Below, one piece after another: positions 52,372 to 64,000 of a stretch of 64,000 bases of DNA (position 1 is its first letter; each line of letters opens with the position of its first letter). Source of the DNA: Octopus vulgaris (taxonomy: Eukaryota); NCBI GenBank assembly GCA_951406725.2, contig OX597817.1:130448001-130512000 (forward strand), given 5' to 3'. A program made the position numbers and the translations under genes. A model generated the notes under the pieces. It was not told the origin of the DNA. It ran no database searches and worked only from the letters and a program-made list of their open reading frames with translations.

Positions 52372-52607
52372 AGCACCTCTGTACATGGCTTGCACAGCTC
52401 TCACAAGCCATTCATCTACTTATAATTTTCTTCCCAATCTTAAGACTGCAGCACCTCTGTACATGGCTTGCACAGCTCTCACAAGCCATTCATCTACTTA
52501 TAATTTTCTTCCCAATCTTAAGACTGCAGCACCTCTGTACATGGCTTGCACAGCTCTCACAAGCCATTCATCTACTTATAATTTTCTTCCCAATCTTAAG
52601 ACTGCAG
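52372..52607. repeat. perfect 3 x 78-bp tandem repeat
   Basis: Units at 52372-52449, 52450-52527 and 52528-52605 are identical. Confidence 0.97.
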
Positions 52608-53066
52608 AGCATGGTGCCCTGTCAAAAGCCATTTCTAAGCCAACAGTATAGTAGCTTACTCTCAGCTAAGAACTCTTGTACTTTGTCTCACAACAAAGAA
52701 GGCATCAAAAGTATCCCAGCCTGGCATAAGTTTAAACTGTTTTGTCTAAATTAATTTTCTTTCTAATCTGTTGATCTATAACTGTATTATTCTCAGACCG
52801 TGGTTTATTAATTTAAGACCTCTGTAGTTGCTTCTTTCTAGAGCATCTTCTTTGCCCTTGTAGCAGTTGGTGATTATACTGAAATACTAGTCGTTAGATA
52901 TGGCATATCTCTGATTATGCTGGTGACTAGATTAGCTTGTGTTTTGCTTTTCTGGATATTTTCAACATCCACTGACTCCAGCTGCTTTACCTGATATCAC
53001 ATCCTAAAATAATGCATTTGAACATATAACTTGATCCCTATATATACATACATACATATATATATC

Positions 53067-53393
53067 TTGGCTCTCCATTGGTTATGACAATGGGTGTCCC
53101 AGTTGGTTCAATCAGTGGAACAGCCTGCCCATGAAATTAACTTATAAGTGGCTGAGTACTCCACAGACATGCATACCCTTAACATAGTTCTCAGAGAGAT
53201 TCAGCATGACACAGAATATGACAAGACTGGACCCTTTGAATAACAGGTATAAAACATTTTCGCCAGCTGAGTAGACTGGAGCAACATGAAATAAAGTGTC
53301 TTGCTCAAGGACAACACAATGCGCCACCAGGTATTGAACTTGTGACCTTACGATCATGAGTTTAATATCCTAACCACTAAGACATGCACCTTC
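53067..53393 (-). mobile_element. SINE family C
   Basis: Minus-strand head cttagtggttaggatatt..agttcaatacc..gtgttgtccttgagcaagacacttt. Confidence 0.8.
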
Positions 53394-53904
53394 ACACACA
53401 CACACACACATATATTTAAACACTATATGCATAATTTGTGTATTGATATCTGAATGTTAAAAGTTGTTGAACAATACATAAAATATTGAGTGTTTGAGCT
53501 CTCTTCACTCCATCTCACCTCAACCACTTTCCAATATTTAATTATACTGTTAACAAAGCAGTCACACCCTCATTGTGTCTTACCCGTTTTTTTTTTTTGT
53601 ATCTCCTTATAGCTATTGATTCATTGTTGCAATTTATATCTTAATAGGCAAACCCTATTTCATTTCAATGTCAAAACAGATCATAGTTACACAAGACATA
53701 AAATGTCAATATTTATATATAACATATGTCACCAAGTTCTGAGTTTTATATGTTGCCATATGCATGTCATATATTGTGCTTTACAAAGCAATTGATTAAG
53801 GACCAAGATCTGTGAGGACTTGTTGTACTCAAGAAGACCTATCTACTCAGCAGAATTGATGTCCTAAAGGGGTTTTTATCTTGCAAGTTACTCAGTGACC
53901 CTGT

Positions 53905-54248
53905 CAGTGCTGGTGCTATGTAAAAAGCACCAGTGCTGGTGCCACGTAAAAAGCACCGGTGTTGGTGCCACATAAAAAGCACCAGTGCTGGTACCATGTA
54001 AAAAGCACCGGTGCGGGTGCCACATAAAAAGCACTGGTGCGGGTGCCATGTAAAAAGCACCAGTGCTGGTGCCACATAATAAAAAGCACCGGTGCTGGTG
54101 CCATGTAATGAAAAGCACTGGTGCTGGTGCCACATAATGAAAAGCACAGGTGCTGGTGTCACATAATAAAATGCACCGGTGCTGGTGCTACATAAAAAGC
54201 ACCAGTGCTGGTGCCATGTAAAAAGCACCAGTGCTCATGCCACATAAA
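53905..54248 (+). repeat. ~26-29-bp minisatellite (about 13 units) inside an RTE-type 3' UTR (~53830-54390)
   Basis: Unit cagtgctggtgccacgtaaaaagcac, followed by gttggcattgggaagggcatccagc..gttaaatgatgat. Confidence 0.9.
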
Positions 54249-54896
54249 GTAGTTGGCATTGGGAAGGGCATCCAGCTATAGAAACCAAATCAAAACAGAC
54301 TATGGAACCAGGTGCAGCCCATTGGCCTTACCAACTCCTGTCAAACCAGCCAACCCACGTCAGCATGGAAAACAGATGTTAAATGATGATGTGTGATATA
54401 CAAGTATTGTATCATTGAACATGAGATATACAATAAACAGCAGACAGTAATTGTCTAAATCTCATGCTTTTCAATGAGTGGTAATCTGATGGTTATTGTT
54501 TAGCCCCAGGTCAGCTCTGATTTGAGCAGATCAGTAATCAAAAGCATTTGTGCCATGATCATGTCTTTTTATATATCCAGTACTACATTATCCTTTGTAT
54601 GGATCAAGGTAGGTTTGGCTGCTTTCTTTTTAAGAAATTGCAAACCAGCCCAATTGCTACAGATAAGCGACAGTTTTGTTGAGAACAATACTATTACCAC
54701 CAAGAAAGACCTTCTGATCTATGTATCTGCCGCCCTTGGCTTTGTGAGAATGTTTGCACTGCTGCTGAGAAAGACATCCTGCTCTGGCTTGTGCATCTGC
54801 TAGTCTCAGTTTTATCTGTACAAATAACATCCTGCTATCAGTACTGCATTACATCTGTGGCCACTTGGCACTGTCCGTTAACTGTAGTTTGTAAGC

Positions 54897-55112
54897 CTTC
54901 TATGATATCTTATTTCCAGATATAGCATATGTAGAATTACTTTATCCAGTTTCTGTTTCGTTTTTAAAACAGTTGGCTGCAATTTAATGGATATTCAGTC
55001 ACTACATCCTCCAAGTTAAACTTCCACTTAAGGCCACACACATTGGCTCAAGTGATGTCATAAAGTTATAAAGCTGAATTAATATCCCCAGGAATAAAGA
55101 TTAATGCTTCAA
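54897..55112 (+). repeat. direct duplication, copy 1 (copy 2 at 56269-56463)
   Basis: cttctatgatatcttatttccagatatagc..cttcaa is repeated 1372 bp downstream. Confidence 0.95.
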
Positions 55113-55838
55113 GTCTGGGGAAGACTGAAAAAAAAAAATTAACTCTATAAATTTGTCAAAGTGGTGTTGGTGTTGGTGGCATGTAGATTTCTAAAATTTT
55201 TGTTGTGTGGTGGGGAATCCTGAAGCATTTAAAAAATTCTCTGTGCATGAGGTGGGAGAATGAAGGCTGTAGATAGACAAGAACTTTGTGTGTATGTGCG
55301 TGTGCACAGATACATGACTAAAAAATTTGGGTAAAAGATTGCATTCATTCCTGCCCACCATCTTCATCACTAACATTTATTCACACCATCAGCAAATTCA
55401 CTAATGTTACCACCACCATTATCTCTACCATTTTGCTGCCAACATTCCAGGGAAGAATCTAAAATACCATTTAAATGTCCCATCATATCTGGTGGGGATG
55501 GGAGCAGTGGTACTATTTCAGTGGTTTGGCGGTGTCAAGATAGAGAAGCTTTCAAAGATCCATTAGAGAATGTTGAAGTTAAAATAAAGAGACTTTGTGT
55601 GTATAAGAGAGAGAGAGAGAATCAGACAGATAGCTAGACAGACATCATACACACATACATAGCTTGCTGTTATCATACACCCATACATAGCTTGTTGTTG
55701 CCTCTAACCCTTTTGGATCTGGAATGTACCAATGACACAGAGGGCTTCTTTTTAATATTTCTTGCTCCTGTTCTAAGTCTGGCACTGAGAGGTGGATGTT
55801 AATGTGATTAGATTAGTTCTCTGCCTTTAAGGTATTAG

Positions 55839-55896
<58 letters not shown>

Positions 55897-57860
55897 TTTC
55901 TACTCTTATCTATCTCTTTTGGTGAAATGTAACAGTGACAGGTTTGCCTTCTTCCACTTTTCCCTTGAGGGCATTGAACCTTGTTATATATCATCTTTTA
56001 CAGCATAAACCCCACCACACTCACACATACACAAACCTTGGCCTGGCTGTGTGGGTAAGATGGTTACTTCCCAGTCATGTAGTCTTGGGTTCAGTCCCAT
56101 TGTGTGACACTTGGCAAGTGTCTTCTATAGTCCTGGGCCAACCAAAGCCTTATGAGTAGATTTGGTAGACAGAAACTGAAAGAAGTGTGTTGCTTGTCCC
56201 CCACCACTGCTTGACAACCAGTGTTGATTTGTTTACATCCCTGTAACTTAGCAGTCAAGCAAAAGAGACTTCTATGATATCTTATTTCCAGATATAGCAT
56301 ATGTAGAATTACTTTATCCAGTTTCTGTTTATTTTTAAAACAGTTGGCTGCAATCTAAAGGATATTCAGTCACTACATCCTCCAAGTTAAACTTCCACTT
56401 AAGTGATGTCATAAAGTTAAAAAGCTGAATTAATATCCACAGGAATAAAGATTAATACTTCAAATGAAAGATCTGTATGGTAGATACATGGTTTGGTTTT
56501 GCTTAGGAGTTTGTTTTGCAATTAAATGGTCCTGGATTTGATCCTACTGTGTAGCGCCTTTGCCAAGTGTCTTCTACAACAGCTTCGGCTTGACCATTGC
56601 ATTGTGGAGTAAATTTGGTGTGTGTTTGCATTTGATAATTGCTTTATCTTGACAGATGATAGCCATCTCAATTGATCCACATCATCTGAATAAGCTCCAC
56701 ATTGTCTTTATGCTCAGAGACAACTCTTAAGACCAGTAGTTAGTTGATCTGCAAGCCCTCAGCCTTGTATGACAGATAAGATTCAAAACTTATATGGCGT
56801 TTGTATGGTTTATTTGTAATAATGTGTTAATTTTATGCACTTTCATGTGCCTTTTCAACCAGGATTACTCTGACAGATTTTTCCCATATACAAATGTTAT
56901 CATTTACCATAAAGAGACAGCAAATCATTATTACATGCAACTTTATTTCACATATTACTGTATGATTTTATCTGGTTTATGTAGCCCGCTTTTAACTGAT
57001 GGTAGTATTAAAAACTGCATTTCCAACTCCTAATCTCATCTGGTGCATGCATGATACTACTCTTTCTCAAAGTACATTTTAACTGTGCATGCTGCATTTT
57101 GATGAGCTCAAAGCTAGCAATGTCTTCTTTTACCAGAGTTCTTCCTCTATTTCTCTCAGTTACTTTCTTTTCCCAGAATTGAAATCTAATTTTAGTTTCA
57201 CTAAGTTGTCATAAATACAGTCCTTGTATTGCTTCTTTGACTTATGTTGTGGTTATTTTCCAAATTATAATTTCTTATAAAATAACCTTTATAAGAATAT
57301 ATTACACAGGGCATAGCAATACCCAGCATTTTGGCCAAATACACTGCTAAATCACTTTGACTAAGGAAACCTCCAAAATCAAATGTCTTCTGGCTTGTGG
57401 GTATCCTTTTATTGGAAAACTCTTAGAGGTCTTTGATATCAAATCTGCAGTTGAAATAGATTCTGTTCAGTTCGGTTTTGCTTGTCACTGGATATTTAAC
57501 GATGTCTACCCAGACAGAAGCATACATGTCACTATAATCCAGTAATGTACAGTTATCTCATGTGAAATGGATATCATCTGACAAGATGAAACATCATTAT
57601 TATGTATATATGCATGTATACACACACACACACACACACACACACAGCATCCAACCAGACAAATCATGTCAAAGCAGACACTGAAGTTAGATATGGTCCT
57701 TTGACTTCTTAGATACTGTCAAACCATCAAAGCCATCCCACCATGGAAAATGCACATTCAATGATATTGATGATCATATTGGTTTCTTATTTAATTCATT
57801 TTATGGCTAGTTGACCATCAGAAAAATACATATAACTGAGGCATTGACTTACAAGTAGTT

Positions 57861-58570
57861 GGAGTGGCTGTGTGGTAACACGCTTGCTTCCCAACCACTT
57901 GGTTCTGGGTTCAGTCCCACTGTGTGACATCTTGGGCAAGTGTCTTCTACTATAGCCTCGGACCAACCAAAACCTTCTGAGTGGATTTAGTAGACGGAAA
58001 CTGAAAGAAGCCTGTCATGTGTGTGTGTATATGTACCGTCACTTGACAACCAATGTTGGTGTGTTTGCGTCCCTGTAACTTCGCAATTCAGCAAAACAGG
58101 GCATTAGAATAAGTATTAAGCTTACAAAGAATAAGTTCTGGAGTTGATTTGTTCAACTTGATTTGTGAATATACTCTTACTCTTTTACTTGTTTCAGTCA
58201 TTTGACTGCGGCCATGCTGGGGCACCGCCTTTAATCGAGCAACTCGAACCCGGGACTTATTCTTTTGTAAGCCCAGTACTTATTCTATCGGTCTCTTTTG
58301 CCGAACCGCTAAGTGACGGGGACATAAACACAGCAGCATCGGTTGTCAAGCAATGCTAGGGGGACAAACACAGACACACACACACATATATATATATACA
58401 TATATACGACGGGCTTCTTTTCAGTTTCCGTCTACCAAATCCACTCACAAGGCTTTGGTCGGCCCGAGGCTATAGTAGAAGACACTCGCCCAAGATGCCA
58501 CGCAGTGGGACTGAACCCGGAACCATGTGGTTGGTTAGCAAGCTACTTACCACACAGCCACTCCTGCGCC
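57861..58570. mobile_element. tail-to-tail SINE A pair (plus 57861-58160; minus 58172-58570)
   Basis: Two full copies in opposite orientation, nearly abutting. Confidence 0.9.
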
Positions 58571-58955
58571 TATATATATACCATGCTTTACATAATTGTG
58601 TGTGTGTGAATATAATCATACATGATAAGGAGAAAAATTAATGAGGATGCAAGTGAGCAACCAAAGTGCTAATTGGTTACAAATAAATTATATAGGAGGC
58701 ATTAAGGTCATAATTTGAATTCTGATCGATGATGTGTCTGGGTTTTCCTAAATCATCCTGTATTGAATAATAAAGGATATATAATGAATATACTAATAAG
58801 TATCTGATTTGTGTGTGATTAATTAGTATCAGTTAGAAATATTTCCCACACCGAGACTATATCTATATCAAAAATATTGTATTTGACGTTTGTATTCATT
58901 GTGACTCATAAGCAATCTGTGTGGGTTCTCTCTCTCTCTCTCATATATATGTATG

Positions 58956-58991
<36 letters not shown>

Positions 58992-59504
58992 GTACATGTG
59001 CATTCACACATAGACAAACATACACACAGACACATATATACACAGAAACAAGAGAAAAATAACTCGGATGTTGTAGGGATTCTTCTGTTTGTCACCTGAG
59101 CAAATGCATAGAAATAAGAAAGTCAGCATCATAGCAATGAGATTGTAAATCAAGAGATTCCAGCTGAACACACACAAGCATCTGTTGTATATCTATCCAT
59201 GCTTGAATGAGAGATAGTTTATATGTTGAACCAATTACTGTTTTTACAGCTGGGTAAGATACCTCTTCCTACCACAAACTTAAAGCTCCTTCTGGAAACA
59301 CTAGATACATACATCAGCATTAAAGTGGTTTTCTCACAGACAGAGCCCAATCATTTGCTATGGAATAAGATCTGAACTTGTGACATTGTGGTCAGTAAGC
59401 AGTCTGACATCATGACTTTACAACTATAACCCTCTGGTCTAACTACAAAGCCTGATTTCACAGCAAGACTACATATATGCACACACACTATGTGTGTGTA
59501 TGTA

Positions 59505-59545
<41 letters not shown>

Positions 59546-59547
<2 letters not shown>

Positions 59548-60194
59548 TTACTTTACTTTTACTTGTTTCAGTCATTTGACTGCGGCCATGCTGGAGCACC
59601 GCCTTTAGTCGAGCAAATCGACCCCCCGGGACTTATTCTTTGTAAGCCCAGTACTTATTCTATCGGTCTCTTTTTGCCGAACCGCTAAGTGACGGGGATG
59701 TAAACACACCAGCATCGGTTGTCAAGCAATGCTAGGGGGACAAACACAGACACACATACATATATATATATCATCATCATCATCATCATCATTTAACGTC
59801 CGCTTTCCATGCTAGCATGGGTTGGACGGTTCAACTGGGGTCTGGGGAGCCCGAAAGCTGCACCAGTCCAGTCAGATCTGGCAGTGTTTCTACAGCTGGA
59901 TGCCCTTCCTAACGCCAACCACTCCGAGAGTGTAGTGGGTGATTTTATGTGCCACCGACACAGGTGCCAGACGAGGCTGGCAAACGGCCACGCTCGGATG
60001 GTGTTTTTTATGTGCCACCGACACAGGTACATACGACGGGCTTCTTTCAGTTTCCATCTACCAAATCCACTCACAAGGCTTTGGTCGGCCCGAGGCTATA
60101 GTAGAAGACATTTGCCCAAGATGCCATGCAGTGGGACTGAACCCGGAACCATGTAGTTCATAAGCAAGCTACTTACCACACAGCCACTCCTGCA

Positions 60195-60248
<54 letters not shown>

Positions 60249-60625
60249 TGCAGGAGTAGCTGTGTGGTAAGAACCTTGCTTCCTAACTACATGGTTCCGG
60301 GTTCAGTCTCACTGCATGGCACTTTGGGCAAGTGTCTTTTACTATAGCCTCAGGCCAACCAAAGCCTTGTGAGTTGACTTGGTAGACATAAACTGAAAGA
60401 AACCCGTTACATATATTTGTGTGTTTGTGTTTGTCCCCCACCATCGCTTAACAACCAGTATTGGTGTGTTTACATCCCTGTAACTTAGCAGCTCAGCTAA
60501 AGAGACCGATAGAATAAATATTAGGCTTACAAAGAATGTCCTGGGGTTGATTTGTTCAACTAATGGCAGTGCTCCAGTATTGCCGCAGTCAAATGACTGA
60601 AACAAGTAAAAGAAGATAAAAGAGT
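59546..60625. mobile_element. head-to-head SINE A pair (minus 59546-60196 with nested RTE tail 59770-60028; plus 60247-60625)
   Basis: ..gccactcctgcacc-(TA)25-ggtgcaggagtagc.. Confidence 0.92.
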
Positions 60626-60674
60626 AAATGAATATATCTTATATATATATATATATCATCATCATCATATATAA

Positions 60675-60730
60675 CTAGCAGAGATACCCAGTGTTGCTCG
60701 GGTTTAAAATGTCATAGTTTGTATATATAT
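60675..60730 (-). mobile_element. Helitron 3' end remnant
   Basis: a-ctagcagagatacccagtgttgctcggg resembles the other Helitron 3' ends. Confidence 0.55.
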
Positions 60731-61177
60731 TACAGTTATGATGAAACATAGATTCCTTGGATTCTGGGCTTTACCGCATATATATATATATATATATATA
60801 TAGGTACAGAATGACTCAAGGTCTGAGAGTTTTGTGAGTGCCAATGGACGAGACTCTCGGACCTTGAGTTACTCTGTTGCTTCTGCTAAATATTAGTATA
60901 TGTATGTGTCTTCTTTTCCATGCTGGTATGGCCTGGATGCAAATTTATCAGAACAGTACTTTATCATCAAGTTCCTGTCCTATTGCCAAAGCTAGTTTTT
61001 AAGTAAGTGGTATAATTCCACTGCTGATCTTCAGAAACACAGAGCTACAGCACGTATTGTTTATAGGAAATATAAACATGACATTATTGTTTTGACCAAG
61101 TGGTTTCATATGAAGACAAGCAGTATGTATACATTTGTTTACATTTATGCATTCATATATGTGTGTGTGTGTGGAAG

Positions 61178-61585
61178 GTGCAGATATGGCTGTGTGGTTC
61201 AGACGTTTGCTTCCCAACCACATGATTTCAGGTTCAGCCCCACTGCAAAATAGTTTGAGTATGTGTCTTCCACTATGGCCCAGGCTGATCAAAGCTGTGC
61301 AAGTCAGTAGTGGTAGGCAGAAACTGAAAGACTTCCATTATGTGTGTGTGTGTGTGTGTGTGTTGACATCACTCAGTGGTTATAAACAAGTATCACTGTC
61401 ATATGCAAGCAGCATCATTTGTTTCCAGGCTTCCATAGAAACCTGTCTGGCTATGGGGAAATATTACCTTGCTTGGAAACAGGTGAGTGCTGGCAATAGA
61501 AAGAGCATCAGGCTGTAGCAAATCTACCTCAATGAACTCTGTCTCAACCATGCAAACATGGAAAAGTGGACATTGAAACAATGAA
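61178..61585 (+). mobile_element. SINE family A with A2 (RTE-like) tail
   Basis: A head; tail atggggaaatattaccttgcttggaaacagg..catggaaaagtggacatt. Confidence 0.8.
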
Positions 61586-62639
61586 AATGTTCACACACAC
61601 ACATTTTTATATGCAGTAACAAATCACTTATAGTGCTCAGTAATAAGATCGTCATCATCGTTTAACATCCATTTGATGATCTTATTACTGAGCACTACAG
61701 TGCTCAGGTGCACATATATATGGTAACAAATCATTTATATTGCTCAGTGATAAGATACATATGTACTCCACAAAGTACATCATAATTAGTCTTAACAAGA
61801 TTAATTTTCATTGAAAGTGCTCAAAAATGCTTATATAAATTATGAATTATTCAGAGCTTATGGTGTGCCTGTACTTTTAACGACTAAAGGGGACAGAATC
61901 AGCTTCTAATTCACAAACTAAACACTGCAGTGCATTTGATCCTATCTTTGTAGATGATCATTAATTAAAGTATAAATGTGGTGTTTATTTTTTTTTTTTT
62001 GGTAGTTTTTTTGTGTGTGCATGTGTTAATGTCTGGAGATTTTGTTGTAGGAGGAGTTAACTCTATAATAGGACTAAACATAGCGTGGTGTATTAAAACA
62101 GTATCATTAAGTTTGTGGCATTCAACTGTAGCATTACAGCCTTCAATTGTACCCCAACATGAAGCTTCTGACCATCCTCTCTGTCTGCCCAGTCAAAAAT
62201 TGTTCTTCACTCAACTGACTTTTGAACAAATTTAGAATATTTGGTTGTAGTCACCAGAAGCTAATTACCAGCATTCAACAGGATTTAACACACATACATA
62301 GATTCACACGTACATACATTGAGGTGAATATATGTGTTCATGCATACATGAATATGTACTTAGATCACTCATACATACACACACAAACATATACACATAT
62401 GCAAGTATACACACATGTACACACATACTGAAAAAATAACCTTAACATATGCTCATACATGTATAAACGCTGATGATATATATATATATGTGTGTGTGTA
62501 TGTATAATATATATATATAATTATTTCTAAATCTCTCTAAAGGACACAAGTGTGAGTGTCACATAGCTAGCTAGGGGTGATGGCCTCTTGGAGCTAATCA
62601 ACGACAGCATTTTTCTGGACTGCCTTGTTAGCTTGGGGA

Positions 62640-62681
<42 letters not shown>

Positions 62682-63423
62682 ACATCTAGCCAAGTGTCAA
62701 ACAGAAATATCTGTGAATGTTTACTGCTAACTGGTTTTATCTGCTATCTCCCCTAAGGGTTTGGGAATGCTGTGGGTTAAATAAGAGTGTGTATGTGTGT
62801 GGTAGACGCTAGGATAGTCTATTTAAAGTGTTAAATTCTTTCCCTGCCCCCATGTCCCCTGTGACCCATGCTGTGTTTTAAAATTATACACTCACTAGTT
62901 TCGCTTGATGTAGTATACATACCTGATGCCTAGCATCAACCAGGGAATCAGTCAGCTTCTCATAAAACATCACATATTTGCTTGATTACAATCTGTTGTT
63001 TAACTCCTTTTAGCCTTTATTCAATTGACTGATGACCAGAGTCTCTCTAGCCATTGCCATCAGGTTTCATATATAATCTTTTCCTCGTTTCACTCATGAG
63101 ACTGTGGCCATGCTGGGGCACCACCTTGAAGAATTTTAATCTATCGGATCAACCTCAGTGCTTATTTATTATTTTTTTTTAAGCCTTGTAATTATTATAT
63201 TGGTCTCTTGCTGGTCTGCCAAGTTACAAGGATGTAAACACACCAATGCTGGTTGTCAAGGGATGGTGGGGGATAAACGTGCATGCACACACACTCACAC
63301 TCCAACCAAATTGTCTTAAAACCACATCTTATTGTCTGACCCATGCGAAAATGGAAAATTGGACATTTAAAACAATGATGATATGAAGACCTGCATTATC
63401 TAATATGTCCATTCTTTCATTAA

Positions 63424-63645
63424 CCCTTTTGTTACCATATTTCTGTTGAGATGCTCTGTGTTTCTTTCAGTTAATTTTAAATATAACAAAGAATTTAATA
63501 AAATAACTTGGTTATCATTAAGCTAGTGATAGGGACATAAATTGTGACTAAGGTTTGGTGGAAGATTTTAATTCAGAACTTTTGAAAGCAAGACATTTGT
63601 ACTACAGAGCCAGAGGAGGTTTCAGCTGAGTTGGCATTGAAAGGG
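63424..63645. mobile_element. piggyBac-type MITE
   Basis: TTAA-cccttt ... aaaggg-TTAA. Confidence 0.8.
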
Positions 63646-64000
63646 TTAAGGCAGTAAGATGTGGTTTTTGGACAATTTGGCTGGTGTGTCTTCCAAGTTT
63701 AACAACAATATCAAACCTTCCCTATTCACTCATTCAGATATTTGTCTAAATTTATAAGTGGCCATTGATATTATTGTTGCTGTGATCTAATATTTCTTGG
63801 TTTATGTAGATATGTGACAAGAAAATAATCAGTTAACTCTTTGTGACCATGTTTCTTAGAAAAGTACATTATTCCTTTGTGTTTTAATTTTTCAAAATAA
63901 ATAGGAATTATGAGAAGATATGGCTGTGTGGTTTAGAAGCTCCTTTTGCAACCATGTGGTTTTGGGGTTCAGTCCCACTGTGTAACATTTTGGGCAAGTG

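Noticed and set aside
52372-52607. CRISPR or repeat-protein gene
   Set aside because: Whole units are identical with no spacers; no supporting gene structure.
53905-54248. CRISPR-like array
   Set aside because: Units are contiguous, with no unique spacers, no cas genes and a eukaryotic context.
54662-54890. Possible exon in unique sequence
   Set aside because: No recognisable peptide, and no consistent pair of splice sites on either strand.

Overview
AT-rich, repeat-dense eukaryotic DNA. The SINE repertoire resembles octopus (coleoid cephalopod) repeats; this is inferred by recognition, not by a database search. There is no complete protein-coding gene, and nearly all ORF-track entries are microsatellite or SINE artefacts. 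The window is dominated by three tRNA-headed SINE families (called A, B and C here), a headless ~200-bp dispersed repeat, RTE and CR1-like LINE 3' fragments, a decayed mariner, non-autonomous Helitrons, piggyBac-type and hAT-type MITEs, and microsatellites. Two weak candidate first exons (about 640-936 and 36781-36901) suggest the 5' introns of a large gene. The most notable signals are: (i) minimal Penelope-type hammerhead ribozyme motifs at 26.4-26.7 kb, one with a variant core paired head-to-head with its own inverted copy; (ii) a 51-nt 18S rRNA 5' fragment beside a Helitron end inside a hAT MITE; (iii) several fold-back or pre-miRNA-sized hairpins and a spacer-less SINE palindrome; (iv) alternating CpG-rich and CpG-poor domains. 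Repeat boundaries are approximate, and only representative copies are listed.
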